A DNA stretch of 63,547 bases, from the NCBI GenBank assembly GCA_051874735.1, contig JBJEGD010000034.1:12167-75713 (forward strand). Reading direction: 5' to 3'. The position numbers were made by a program, and so were the translations under genes. The stretch comes from Candidatus Bruticola sp. Lineage in GTDB: Bacteria; Vulcanimicrobiota; Xenobia; Xenobiales; Xenobiaceae. Shown piece by piece: positions 35,768-46,363 of this stretch (positions are counted from its first letter, which is position 1; each line of letters begins with the position of its first letter). The notes under the pieces were generated by a model that saw nothing but the letters and a program-made list of their open reading frames with translations, was not told where the DNA came from and searched no databases.

Positions 35768-38277
35768 TGAATAAATTCCGAGTATACATAGTGACAGCTT
35801 TACTGACAGCGTTGGTGTCGATAACGCCGGCTTTCTCTGATACTCCTACCAAAGACAAAGAGACTGAACCTCAAAAGCCGATGCTCAGCAAAACCATTGC
35901 TGAATCGATGCGCCACGGCCACATTTTGCTGAATTTTGAAAATATTGATATTAGAGTTCTCTCCCGCATGATGAGTGAGCTCACAGGGCGCAATATTATT
36001 GTCGACGAAAAAGTTAAAGGGAAGCTCACTATTTTGTCTTCGCGGGAGGTCAGCATCCCTGAAGCCTGGGACATATTTAAGGCGGCCGTCAATCGCTATG
36101 GTTTCACAGTAGCCAGCCGCGGCGATCATGTGCAAATTATTCCTGGCAGCGCGGCTAGAAGCGTAGGAGCTTTTATGTCAGCTTCTCAGGCGAATCCAGC
36201 CGGCGAAGAATATGTTATGGCCGTTCTCATCATGAGTCAGGGAGATCCGGAAAACGTTGTCAGTGCAGTTAAGCCGCTTCTTTCGGAAAATGGTGTGCTC
36301 ACTGCTTACAAAGACGGATTAGCCGTGTTGGTAGTAGATAAAGCCTCTATAGTTAACCGTATCGGCCAAATTGTCAAAAGTTTAGATAGCTTAGAGCCCA
36401 GCCTCAAGACTGAAGTCATCTTCCCTAAATATATGGAAGCGGACAAAGTTGTTACAGCTATTAAACCGCTTTACAAAGATAAAGAGTCTAAAAACCTCTT
36501 TGGTATTGCAGCTTTTGCTCCATCTAACGGTGTAGTTGTCAGCGCTTATCCCAAAGATTTGCGTGACATTAAAAATATTTTGAAAAAGCTGGATATTCCT
36601 ATGGCTGCTCCTACTAAAACGGAGCCTGCCCGCTTCTTTGTCTATCACCTGCAGTTTGCTCAGGCTGACGACGTAGCCAAAATACTTTCTGAAATGCTCT
36701 CTGAACGCCAAAAAGCCGTTGAAGAGCAACTCAAAGAATCTAAAGTGCCAGCAACTGAAGAGGCTTCCCGCGGTTCAAAGCCATTCAAGGGAGCGACTGA
36801 CGATGTAACTGGTCCTACTGGAGCTAAAGATGCTCCTCCGACGGTAGCTTTTACCTCTTCCAAAGTTTCCGCTGATACCGATACGAACTCCTTAGTTCTA
36901 TATGTATCTCCCTCTGAGTACGGAGAACTTAAGACGGTCATTGCCAAATTAGACGCCGAACGCAGCCAAGTGCAAATATCAGCTATAGTTGCCGAAATCT
37001 CTCTAAAAAGAGCCTCTGAATTGGGTATAGGCTGGCAAGCTCTTACTTCAGGAGGCGTCATAGGTTCTTATAAAGGCGGCCTCACTGAAGAAGGTCTACT
37101 GAACGTGCTGGCCGGAGGCAATTTTGTAGCAGGCGTAGTTGGAGGCAATACTCGTACTATTACCGTTAGTAATCAGAGTGTCGATGTTCCTGAATTTTTC
37201 GCCTACCTGTCGGCTTTGAACTCCAGTAACGATTTCAATTTAATCTCGGCCCCCCGAGTTTTAACTCAAGATAACAAAACAGCCACTATTAATGTAGGTC
37301 AAGTAGTTCCATTTGCTACAGGCGGAAAACTTGACGCCTATGGTTCACCCACAGTAACTTTTGACTACCGAGAAGTGGGCATTAAGCTGGAAGTAACTCC
37401 TCATATGAGCCGTACTGGCAAAATACGCATGGAAGTCAAACAAGAAATTCAAGAGGTTACTGAGTACCTTGATCAAGAAATGGCTGGCGTAAAATTCAGT
37501 GCTCCAGTTGTTTCTAACCGCAGTGTAGATACAACTGTAACTATCCCTGACGGCAAAACTTTGCTTATAGGCGGATTGATCTCCAAACGGACCTCAGATC
37601 AAGTTAAGGGTGTGCCTATCCTCAAAGATCTGCCCCTTTTAGGATGGCTTTTCCGAGATAAAAGTACCGACGACCAGAAAACTAGCATCTTTATATCTCT
37701 GACTCCCAAAATTGTCGACCTTGATGAATCGATAGAAAATAAAGACACAGCTATTACTCCCTACCTCGACGGCATAGGAGAATCAGGCGATCAGAATTAC
37801 GAAAACCGCGATACTTTGGAAACGGTTCCGGAGCTTCGAGATAAAGGACTGGGCAGTAGCATAAAAGTCAGCAAGCCCGACGCCCCAGAAATTAATAATA
37901 CAAAAGAACAAAATAATCAGAAAGCCTCGACTAGCGATAATGGCAGCGAAGAGAGTCTAAAGCAGCTGGCGGGTTCAGAGCAACAAGATGTACCTAAGGC
38001 TAAACAGCGCACAGCCAGACGCTACAGCCAGACAGCCAAGAGAAAAGTTTTCGATAAAATGGATTCTGAGCGCACTATTTACAGCAATGTGCAAGAACCG
38101 CTTCCTAAACATGAGCAACTGCGCACAGCTAGCACAGAAGTACCAGCAGAAGTAACCGATTCTCTTACTCCAGCTTCAGTACAAATTACTCCCGCTTCCC
38201 ATTCATCAGACCTCCCTGTTCAGTATAAAGCGGATGAGGTTATGCCTGAACGCGTGAGTATAGACGGTCAAAATTAA
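35767..38277 (+). CDS. gspD: Type II secretion secretin GspD
   Basis: LNFENIDI N0 domain, N-domain repeats, QVQISAIVAE, VGIKLEVTP, GGLI, VPILKDLPLLGWLF; GTG start overlapping the preceding stop. Confidence 0.92.
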   Translation: MNKFRVYIVTALLTALVSITPAFSDTPTKDKETEPQKPMLSKTIAESMRHGHILLNFENIDIRVLSRMMSELTGRNIIVDEKVKGKLTILSSREVSIPEAWDIFKAAVNRYGFTVASRGDHVQIIPGSAARSVGAFMSASQANPAGEEYVMAVLIMSQGDPENVVSAVKPLLSENGVLTAYKDGLAVLVVDKASIVNRIGQIVKSLDSLEPSLKTEVIFPKYMEADKVVTAIKPLYKDKESKNLFGIAAFAPSNGVVVSAYPKDLRDIKNILKKLDIPMAAPTKTEPARFFVYHLQFAQADDVAKILSEMLSERQKAVEEQLKESKVPATEEASRGSKPFKGATDDVTGPTGAKDAPPTVAFTSSKVSADTDTNSLVLYVSPSEYGELKTVIAKLDAERSQVQISAIVAEISLKRASELGIGWQALTSGGVIGSYKGGLTEEGLLNVLAGGNFVAGVVGGNTRTITVSNQSVDVPEFFAYLSALNSSNDFNLISAPRVLTQDNKTATINVGQVVPFATGGKLDAYGSPTVTFDYREVGIKLEVTPHMSRTGKIRMEVKQEIQEVTEYLDQEMAGVKFSAPVVSNRSVDTTVTIPDGKTLLIGGLISKRTSDQVKGVPILKDLPLLGWLFRDKSTDDQKTSIFISLTPKIVDLDESIENKDTAITPYLDGIGESGDQNYENRDTLETVPELRDKGLGSSIKVSKPDAPEINNTKEQNNQKASTSDNGSEESLKQLAGSEQQDVPKAKQRTARRYSQTAKRKVFDKMDSERTIYSNVQEPLPKHEQLRTASTEVPAEVTDSLTPASVQITPASHSSDLPVQYKADEVMPERVSIDGQN

Positions 38278-38369
38278 CTGCTTACTGTATTATTCACCTT
38301 TTGTTTCCGAACGTTTTATTCCGACGGCTGAACGTTCAGAAATTTTTCCTTCAGCCAGGAGGTTGTGTT

Positions 38370-39812
38370 TTGCCTTCAATTCCCAGCGAATTTTATCAGC
38401 GCCATCATATTCTGCCCTTGGAGGAAGCAGAAAGCTACATAAAGATAGGCATAAACCGCGAGACTCCGCGTCAACTCTTTGAAGATATACGCCTACTGCT
38501 CCACAAAGACGTCATTCCCGTAGTCATGAGCGTAGAAGAGCTGGAAAACGGCTTGCGTCGCATGATGGTCGATGAAGAGAATTTAGGCCAAAATGATGAA
38601 GCGGATGACACCAAAGATGTGGATGTTAGCCAAGATTTGTTGGCAGATGCTGCTGACGCCCCTATCGTCAGACTCCTCAACACTCTTTTTCTCAAGGCGA
38701 TGGAGACACGCACCTCTGACATTCACATTGAGCCCTATGCCGAGCAAACTGTAGTGCGTATGCGCATAGACGGCGTACTTCATGAAGTTCATAAAATGGC
38801 TCGTTCTAGCCACCCCCAGTTGGTCGCTCGCGTTAAAGTTATGTCTAATCTGGACTTGGCAGAAACCCGCCATCCTCAAGACGGTCGTCTTCACGTCCAC
38901 TCTGGAGACCGCCAACTCGACGTCCGTGTCTCTATAGTACCCACTTTACACGGCGAACGCGTCGTTATGCGCCTCTTAGAGAAGAATTTGCGCATGCTCA
39001 GTCTCAAACAGTTAGGGTTAAATGAGCACGATCGCCGCCTGGTTACTGATTTAGTTAGCCATCCTTACGGCCTATTTTTAATTACAGGCCCCACCGGTTC
39101 AGGAAAGACGACAACTCTTTACGCCATTTTAGACATGATCCGCTCTCCTGAACGCAACATCATTACTATTGAAGATCCGGTAGAATACCAACTGGCCGGA
39201 GTTGGTCAAATACAGGTCAATGAAAAAATAGGCATGACCTTTGCTAGTGGTTTGCGCTCTGTACTGCGCCAGGACCCTGACGTTATCATGGTTGGCGAAA
39301 TTCGCGATCCAGAAACGGCAGATATTGCTATCCACGCAGCTTTGACGGGCCACTTAGTGCTTTCTACCTTACATACTAATGACGCTCCCACTGCAGCGAC
39401 CCGACTTCTCGATCTTGGTATCCCTCCCTATCTGCTTTCTTCTTCGCTTTTGGGATCTATGGCTCAACGTTTGGTGCGCAACTTGTGCCCACACTGCAAA
39501 CAACCCTGCGATCCCGATCCAGACGATCTGTATCGATTGGGCCTCAAAAAATTGCCTTCTGGTACTCAATTCTACAAGCCTGCAGGCTGCCCTCAGTGTC
39601 ATGGTTCCGGGTATAAAGGGCGTTTAGGTATTTATGAAATTATGAGTGTCGATGAAGATCTGCGCAGCCGCATCGCCCGGTCCGAAGATTCACGTATTTT
39701 AGGAAAAGCTGCCAGAGACAAAGGTATGGCCACTCTGTTGGATGACGCTATCAAAAAAGTTGAACAGGGCTTTACTACTCCTCAGGAAGCCTTACGTGCT
39801 GCCCGACTGTAA
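38370..39812 (+). CDS. gspE: Type II secretion ATPase GspE
   Basis: SDIHIEP, PQDGR, GPTGSGKTTTLY, TIEDPVEY, LRQDPD, tetracysteine CPHC/CPQC; TTG start after AGGAGG. Confidence 0.93.
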   Translation: MPSIPSEFYQRHHILPLEEAESYIKIGINRETPRQLFEDIRLLLHKDVIPVVMSVEELENGLRRMMVDEENLGQNDEADDTKDVDVSQDLLADAADAPIVRLLNTLFLKAMETRTSDIHIEPYAEQTVVRMRIDGVLHEVHKMARSSHPQLVARVKVMSNLDLAETRHPQDGRLHVHSGDRQLDVRVSIVPTLHGERVVMRLLEKNLRMLSLKQLGLNEHDRRLVTDLVSHPYGLFLITGPTGSGKTTTLYAILDMIRSPERNIITIEDPVEYQLAGVGQIQVNEKIGMTFASGLRSVLRQDPDVIMVGEIRDPETADIAIHAALTGHLVLSTLHTNDAPTAATRLLDLGIPPYLLSSSLLGSMAQRLVRNLCPHCKQPCDPDPDDLYRLGLKKLPSGTQFYKPAGCPQCHGSGYKGRLGIYEIMSVDEDLRSRIARSEDSRILGKAARDKGMATLLDDAIKKVEQGFTTPQEALRAARL

Positions 39813-39851
39813 AATATTCAGAGCTAATCTAAGGAGATTTTGTGAAACCAT

Positions 39852-41021
39852 ATGCCACTTTATTCTTACGAAGGTACTGACAGCCAAGGCAAACAGGTCA
39901 AGGGATTAGTAGCAGCGGTTTCTCATGCAGTTGCCCATCAAAAGCTAAAAGAACGCAAAATTTTTCCCACTAAAGTCGAAGAGGACAGCGGTACCAAAGG
40001 TGCTCCAGCTGGCGACGACGACTTGGCATATACGGTTTTGCAGCTTTCGGCTCTGCTGAAATCGGGCATTCCTATGGATGAGGCTTTAGGCTCTCTGGCC
40101 GAATCGGCTGAAAGTGCTAAGCTGCGTAAGGCTTTAGCTCGCGTCCAGGTCAGACTGCGCGAAGGTGAAAGTCTGTCTAGTAGCCTCACTGAAGATAGCA
40201 TATTTCCGCCGATGTTAGTACGTATGGTCAGTGCTGGTGAAGAGGCAGGCCAACCAGGCGTTATTTTAGAGCGCTATGCAAACTTTCTCCAAGACGAAAT
40301 AGAGCACCGGCGAGCTCTTCAATCAGCTTTAGCCTATCCGGTAGTCTTAGTTAGCTTATCTTTATTGTTGCTGGTTGCCTTAGTAACTTTTCTCACTCCC
40401 GTTATTCAGGAAATGTACGCTTCAACGGGCAATGAATTGCCATCTATCACCAAAGTTATGGTCAATGCTGGCACTTTTCTGCGCCATTGGGGATTAATCT
40501 CTTTTGCTACCGCAGCCTTACTCATTTTTTTAATTTCTAAATCAGTTTCCAGCCTAACTAAAGATAAATTAAAAATGAGCGTGCCTATTTTAGGCCGCAT
40601 GATTAAAGCCGGACTATTAGCCCGCTGGGCCAGAACGCTGGCCCTGCTGCAAAGCTCGGGAGTGCCTCTAGTGCGCTCCTTACAGATGAGCCGTGAAGTA
40701 GTTGATAATGCCGCTCTCGATAAAGAACTGCGCAGTGTTGAACAAGCTGTTGAACGCGGTGATGGCCTCTCCAATTCTCTATCCCGCATTCAGCTTATCC
40801 CTCCTTTATTGCAACAGTTTTTAAAAACTGGCGAAAGAACCGGTAATCTCGATGAAATGCTGATTTCGGCTGCCGGCTTCTACGAACGCGAGCTAGCTCG
40901 CCGCCGTCAAGCCATGATTCGTTGGTTAGAACCCTGTCTTATTCTTTTTATGGGTGTCGTGGTGGGACTGGTAGTAGTGTCTGCCCTTTTACCTCTTTCT
41001 CAACTTTCCGCTCAACTTTAA
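39852..41021 (+). CDS. gspF: Type II secretion platform protein GspF/PilC
   Basis: Two GspF repeats (LLKSGIP, GEEAG, ALAYP; SGVPL, GERTGNL, LEP). Confidence 0.9.
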   Translation: MPLYSYEGTDSQGKQVKGLVAAVSHAVAHQKLKERKIFPTKVEEDSGTKGAPAGDDDLAYTVLQLSALLKSGIPMDEALGSLAESAESAKLRKALARVQVRLREGESLSSSLTEDSIFPPMLVRMVSAGEEAGQPGVILERYANFLQDEIEHRRALQSALAYPVVLVSLSLLLLVALVTFLTPVIQEMYASTGNELPSITKVMVNAGTFLRHWGLISFATAALLIFLISKSVSSLTKDKLKMSVPILGRMIKAGLLARWARTLALLQSSGVPLVRSLQMSREVVDNAALDKELRSVEQAVERGDGLSNSLSRIQLIPPLLQQFLKTGERTGNLDEMLISAAGFYERELARRRQAMIRWLEPCLILFMGVVVGLVVVSALLPLSQLSAQL

Positions 41022-41074
41022 GTTTTACAACTGTATATCGGTCGGCAGCTCCTTATTATGGTTGCTGCCCACAA

Positions 41075-41117
41075 ATCAGCCCCGCTGGCCGACTTCTTGT
41101 CTGCCAGCGGGGCTGAT
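41075..41117. terminator. Bidirectional terminator between gspF and arcC
   Basis: ATCAGCCCCGCTGGC...GCCAGCGGGGCTGAT 15-bp stem. Confidence 0.7.
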
Positions 41118-41173
41118 CATTTTTCGTAAAATTTTTCTCAAACTAAGAGCTAAAGGCCTAAAATACGCTTAAG

Positions 41174-42115
41174 CTAACCCTTAATAAACCGAGTGCCAGC
41201 TAATCCCTTAACTGCTTTGCTCAAATTTTCAGGATTGGTAATTATAGCCTCTTTGCCGCCAGCCTCTAAGAACTTAATAGCGGCTTCTACTTTAGGAGCC
41301 ATACTGCCCTTAGCGAACTGTCCCTGGGCCATATATTCTTTAGCTTCAGAGATTGTCACAGTATCGAGCGCTTTCTGATTAGGCTTACCGAAATTGATGT
41401 ATACTTTATCTACAGCCGTAGAAATAATGAAGGAATCGACATCTAAATCAGCGGCCAATAATCCTGAAGCGTAATCTTTATCGATAACTGCCGCTGCACC
41501 GGTATAGCGTCCGTCTTTCTCAATAACTGGCACACCGCCACCGCCAACAGCTATAACTACCTGGCCAGCCTTAATCAGAGCCCGAATAGCCTCTAATTCA
41601 ACAATTTTTCTGGGCTTGGGAGAAGCTACCACACGACGCCAGCCTCGACCGGCATCTTCCATCACATCCCATCCATCATGCTCATGGCGTAATTTAGCCT
41701 GTTCCGCATCCATAAACGGTCCTATAGGCTTCGTAGGATTTTTAAATGCCGGATCGTCCGCTCCTACAACAACCTGAGTAACGACAGTAGCACATCCTTT
41801 GCATAAACCGCGTTTCAAGAACTCATTATGCATAGCCATCTGGAATTGGTAGCCTATAGCTCCCTGAGTATCAGCTACAGCAGAATCAACAGGGACAGTA
41901 TGCACAGCTTCGTGAGCAGTTTCACTGCGCAGTAAAATAAAACCGACCTGAGGTCCGTTGCCATGAGTCAAAACAACGTTCCAACCATCTTCTATCATGT
42001 TAACAACATGAGCAACAGTTTCACATACGGCATTATATTGATCAGGCACAGTCTGATGCTGCTTATCCTTAATTAAAGAATTGCCACCTACAGCCACTAC
42101 AGCCACACGAGACAT
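41174..42115 (-). CDS. arcC: Carbamate kinase
   Basis: AVGGNSL, THGNGPQVG, PTKPIGPF, RRVVASP.P, VIDKD, GSMAPKV. Confidence 0.95.
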   Translation of the reverse strand: MSRVAVVAVGGNSLIKDKQHQTVPDQYNAVCETVAHVVNMIEDGWNVVLTHGNGPQVGFILLRSETAHEAVHTVPVDSAVADTQGAIGYQFQMAMHNEFLKRGLCKGCATVVTQVVVGADDPAFKNPTKPIGPFMDAEQAKLRHEHDGWDVMEDAGRGWRRVVASPKPRKIVELEAIRALIKAGQVVIAVGGGGVPVIEKDGRYTGAAAVIDKDYASGLLAADLDVDSFIISTAVDKVYINFGKPNQKALDTVTISEAKEYMAQGQFAKGSMAPKVEAAIKFLEAGGKEAIITNPENLSKAVKGLAGTRFIKG

Positions 42116-42287
42116 AATAAAGAAACCTCCAAGGGTATTGTTTTGCCTTTATATTCCTCCCCCTCAGCAGAGAAGCGGCAAAAAAGGCCGCTAGCATAAA
42201 CTAAAATAGTTACGCTTTTCTCTGCAATTATCATTAATTGTTATACTTTTAAACTCACATTCTTATGTTGAATAAAAAAAACTCTAC

Positions 42288-43553
42288 TTAATCAGCACAG
42301 TCATCTTTAAGACGCTGAGCATAGAGAGGAAATTCTTGGCAAAGCTCTTCCGTTTGATGGCGAACTTGCTCAGCTAATGGCAGATTTTGAGGGGATTTTA
42401 AAATCTCTAAAATCCAAGTGCCGATTAACTCCATTTGCGCTTCTTTCATGCCGCGAGTAGTTAAAGCCGGAGTGCCTAAGCGAATGCCACTAGCTACGGC
42501 AGGCGGATTTTTATCAAAAGGAATAGCATTTTTGTTGACGGTAATACCAGCTCTATGCAAAGCCTCTTCAGCATCGCGGCCCGTCAATCCTAAAGGCGTT
42601 ACATCTAAGAGAATGAGGTGCGTATCAGTACCTCCAGAAATTAAACGGGCGCCACCTTCAGCTAAAATTTTAGCTAAAGCCCTGGCGTTATTTACGATCT
42701 GCTGCTGATACACTTTAAAAGAATCTTGCTGCGCTTCTTTTAACGCTACAGCTTTGCCAGCGATAACATGTTCCAAAGGCCCCCCCTGGTAACCAGGAAA
42801 AACGTTCTTATCTACAGCCTTAGCTAATTCAGCTTTGCACAGAATCATACCACCGCGAGGACCGCGCAAAGTTTTATGAGTAGTAGTTGTCACAATATCG
42901 GCTACAGGCACAGGGTTCTGATGTAAGCCAGCAGCTACCAAACCGGCGAAATGAGCCATATCTACCATTAACTTAGCCCCTATCTCATCAGCAACAGCAC
43001 GGAAAGGAGCAAAATTAATTTCTCTGGGATAAGCGCTGGAACCAGCTAAAATTACTTTGGGGCGATGCTCTAAGGCCGAAATACGCATTGCCTCGTAATC
43101 AATAAGTTCAGTCTCCGAATTTAATCCGTACTGTACTACATTGAAATGAGAACCGCTGAAATTGACCTTATGTCCGTGAGTTAAATGGCCACCATGAGCC
43201 AAGGACATGCCCATAATTTTATCGCCATGAGAGGCCAAAGCATAATAAGCAGCTAGGTTGGCAGAAGACCCTGAGTGAGGCTGAACATTAGCGTGATCAG
43301 CTCCAAACAAAGCACAGGCCCTTTTTCTCGCTAAATTTTCAATAATATCGACATTTTCGCATCCACCATAGTAGCGACGGCCAGGATAACCTTCAGCGTA
43401 TTTATTAGTCAAAACGCTGCCCTGAGCCTCTAAAACAGCCTCACTTACAAAGTTTTCAGAGGCTATCATCTCTAGAGTATTAGCTTGACGCTTGGTTTCG
43501 TTGTAAATAGCTTGGGCGGTTTCAGGATCGACGGACCAAACATGCTTTAACAT
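42288..43553 (-). CDS. glyA: Serine hydroxymethyltransferase
   Basis: [42 protein letters not shown]. Confidence 0.97.
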   Translation of the reverse strand: MLKHVWSVDPETAQAIYNETKRQANTLEMIASENFVSEAVLEAQGSVLTNKYAEGYPGRRYYGGCENVDIIENLARKRACALFGADHANVQPHSGSSANLAAYYALASHGDKIMGMSLAHGGHLTHGHKVNFSGSHFNVVQYGLNSETELIDYEAMRISALEHRPKVILAGSSAYPREINFAPFRAVADEIGAKLMVDMAHFAGLVAAGLHQNPVPVADIVTTTTHKTLRGPRGGMILCKAELAKAVDKNVFPGYQGGPLEHVIAGKAVALKEAQQDSFKVYQQQIVNNARALAKILAEGGARLISGGTDTHLILLDVTPLGLTGRDAEEALHRAGITVNKNAIPFDKNPPAVASGIRLGTPALTTRGMKEAQMELIGTWILEILKSPQNLPLAEQVRHQTEELCQEFPLYAQRLKDDCAD

Positions 43554-43670
43554 TGTGTTTTATAACCTCCAATTTGGCAAGGCAATATGCTTCCTACCTA
43601 AAGTCATTAAGCCGAGCCCTACTAACTAAGCTAGTTTTCTCTCTAAAAAACTTGCGAACCTATCAACGAA

Positions 43671-46340
43671 CTAAAGGTCTTCAGAAATAACCTCAGTAGC
43701 TGTATAACCAGCCTCCTCTACCGCTTGGCGCAGCACCGTGTCTTCGATTTCTGACTCCATCCGGACTATAACATTTTTGCAATCTTCAATGCGCAGCACT
43801 TGCACACCGTTTAAACTTTCCAGGGCTTTAGTTACATGAGCTTCGCATTTGGGACACATCATGCCCTCAACAGAAATAGTTTTTATCACTTTTAACTCCT
43901 TACAAGGAACGATTTTAGACGACAAGCCGTTCTGATCGATGCGTATATCTGTGCTTGTCTGCCCATCGCCAGCTGTCCCTGCTTCATCTAATTTAAACTT
44001 AGGTTGAAAATGCCCTAACCGCAAAGCGTTACTTACTACTGTAACAGAACTTAAACTCATAGCCAAAGCTGATAAAGATGGAGTTAGCTCCAGACCAAAG
44101 CGGCTGAAAAGTCCGGCGGCAATAGGGATAGACAGTACATTATAAGCAAAAGCCCAAAAGATGTTCTGACGTATGTTAGTTATAACAGCTTTGCTCAACT
44201 CAATGGCTTTGACAATATCAAGCAGAGAATCTTTCATGAGCACAACATCGGCTGCTTCTACTGCAATATCGATGCCTGTACCAATAGCAATGCCGATATC
44301 AGCTGCCTTTAGAGCAGGGGCGTCATTTATACCGTCGCCTACTACAGCCAGACAACCAAATTCAGACTTATACTGTTTAACAATTTCAGCCTTACGAGCA
44401 GGCAAAACTTCAGCGTGTAAAATGTCCACGCCTAGAGTGGCAGCCACATTTTCAGCACAGTTCCGGCGATCTCCAGTTACAACTATTACTTTAAGTCCCA
44501 AACGCTGCATGGCAACTACTGCAGCTTTACTATCGTTGCGCAGCTTATCAGTTAAGGCAATAACACCGGCCAGTCCGTCCTGCTCATTAAAAAGATAGAT
44601 TAAGCTGCAACCGCGTTTCTCATATTCATCAGCGGAAGGCCAGATTGGACGGCGCCCGCCGGAAGCTAAAGTCTGCTCCATTAATTGACGGCTGCCTATT
44701 TTCCAGACTAGAGAGTTTATACGCCCTTCAGCTCCACCGCCCACAATTTCTCGAAAATTTTCTACTTTGCACCGCTCAAGTTTCTGAGCCTTCAACTTCA
44801 CAGCCTCAGCCAGCGGATGGCAACTGTTATATTCTAAGGAATAAGCTAAACGCAGAATGTCTTCGGAAGTGTATTTTTCTTTCAGCAAAGAGACCACTTC
44901 GGAAACAACTGCTCGTCCCTCAGTAAGAGTACCCGTTTTATCTAAAACTACCGCCTTAATTTTACTTAAAGTTTCTAAACTTTGAGCATTGCGGATTAAA
45001 ATACCTAACTGAGCGGCCCGTCCCATGCCAGACATAATTGCTGCAGGAGAAGCCAGTCCTAAAGCACACGGGCAGGCTACTACCAATACGGAAACACCGT
45101 ATTTAAAAACATTTTTCAGGGAACCGACCTCGGTAGAATGGCACAGTGTAGGTAGAATGTACCAAAGCAGACCGACAATAAAAGCCACAGCTAAAACGGC
45201 AGGTACAAAAACAGCACTTATTTTGTCGACTAAACGCGAGCTGGGAGCTTTCGATGAAGAGGCTTCATCTACCAAACGAATAATTTGAGCTAAAGTTGTA
45301 CTGCTGCCTACTTGAGAGGCGGAAAAGTCGAAGCAGCCATCGCAGTTTATAGAGCCAGACAAGACCGACTGCCCCACCTGCTTAAATACGGGAAGACTTT
45401 CACCAGTCAGAGCTGCTTCATTTAAGTAACCGCTGCCAGAGACAATCGAACCGTCCACAGGCAAAACTTGTCCGGGCCGAATTATGAGGATATCGCCTAC
45501 TCTAAGTTCACTAACTGCCCTCTCCACCTCTGAGCCATCACTCAACCTAACAAAAGCCGTTTTAGGGGCAAAATCGGCTAACTGTTCTAGAACTAGAGAA
45601 GTTTTCGCTTTAGCTCGTCCTTCTAAATACTTGCCTAAGGCCACAAAAAGCAAAATAAAAACACAGCTGTCAAAATAAGAGGCGGAGAGGTGCTCCTTAA
45701 CAGTTGCAGCCAGGAATGAATTGTCTGCTAGACCGCTGCTTTCTAAAGCTATCAGCGTTTTTTTGACTGTCCAAAGGTTGCAGGTGCTGTAAACAAAGGA
45801 GGCTAAAGTCCCTAAAGACACTAAAGTATCCATATTGGGACATTTAGCTAATAAATTTTTTAAACCGCTGCTGAAGATAGAAATATTAGCCAGTATAGCC
45901 GCCAGTGCCAACCCACATTGCAAAATCATAAACCAAAATGTGGCAGGAGTCAGCAAAAGGCGATCTATGCTGATGGGCCAATTAAACATAACAGATGAGG
46001 AGCAAATCAGCAGTGGCCCCAAAAAGGCTAAAGTTATTAAAAAACGTTTAAAAAGTTTTGTTTGCTCCTGCCTGAAAGTCTCGGAACGGAGACGCCTGCC
46101 TTCGCCGCTCCAATCTCCATGCGGCGGCATAAGTTTGGCCTGATAGCCGACGTGTTTTACGGCTAAAATGATTTGCTCACTGCAGGAATCTCCTTCATAA
46201 ACAGCCCTAGCCGTACCGGCCAGCAAATTAACTTCAACCGATTTTACTCCTCCAACAGAAGCTATAGCCTGGCGGACATGTTCCTGACAAGCAGCACAAG
46301 TCATACCGTAAATTAAAAACTTTTCTTCTTGAACTGCCAT
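43671..46340 (-). CDS. copA: Cu(I)-translocating P1B-type ATPase with N- and C-terminal HMA domains
   Basis: GMTCAAC, TGES, CPC, DKTGT, HP, GDGIND, YN and MSLSS motifs, C-terminal GMMCPKC. Confidence 0.92.
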   Translation of the reverse strand: MAVQEEKFLIYGMTCAACQEHVRQAIASVGGVKSVEVNLLAGTARAVYEGDSCSEQIILAVKHVGYQAKLMPPHGDWSGEGRRLRSETFRQEQTKLFKRFLITLAFLGPLLICSSSVMFNWPISIDRLLLTPATFWFMILQCGLALAAILANISIFSSGLKNLLAKCPNMDTLVSLGTLASFVYSTCNLWTVKKTLIALESSGLADNSFLAATVKEHLSASYFDSCVFILLFVALGKYLEGRAKAKTSLVLEQLADFAPKTAFVRLSDGSEVERAVSELRVGDILIIRPGQVLPVDGSIVSGSGYLNEAALTGESLPVFKQVGQSVLSGSINCDGCFDFSASQVGSSTTLAQIIRLVDEASSSKAPSSRLVDKISAVFVPAVLAVAFIVGLLWYILPTLCHSTEVGSLKNVFKYGVSVLVVACPCALGLASPAAIMSGMGRAAQLGILIRNAQSLETLSKIKAVVLDKTGTLTEGRAVVSEVVSLLKEKYTSEDILRLAYSLEYNSCHPLAEAVKLKAQKLERCKVENFREIVGGGAEGRINSLVWKIGSRQLMEQTLASGGRRPIWPSADEYEKRGCSLIYLFNEQDGLAGVIALTDKLRNDSKAAVVAMQRLGLKVIVVTGDRRNCAENVAATLGVDILHAEVLPARKAEIVKQYKSEFGCLAVVGDGINDAPALKAADIGIAIGTGIDIAVEAADVVLMKDSLLDIVKAIELSKAVITNIRQNIFWAFAYNVLSIPIAAGLFSRFGLELTPSLSALAMSLSSVTVVSNALRLGHFQPKFKLDEAGTAGDGQTSTDIRIDQNGLSSKIVPCKELKVIKTISVEGMMCPKCEAHVTKALESLNGVQVLRIEDCKNVIVRMESEIEDTVLRQAVEEAGYTATEVISEDL

Positions 46341-46363
46341 AACTTCTTAGGGAGAGTAAAAAA

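Noticed and set aside
42116-42287. Riboswitch in the arcC leader (alternative GCAGAGAA/TTCTCTGC and AGCGGC/GCCGCT pairings)
   Set aside because: Short stems with no recognisable aptamer consensus; could just be the glyA terminator
43554-43670. ZTP, THF or glycine riboswitch upstream of glyA
   Set aside because: No consensus motifs recognisable in the 117-bp spacer
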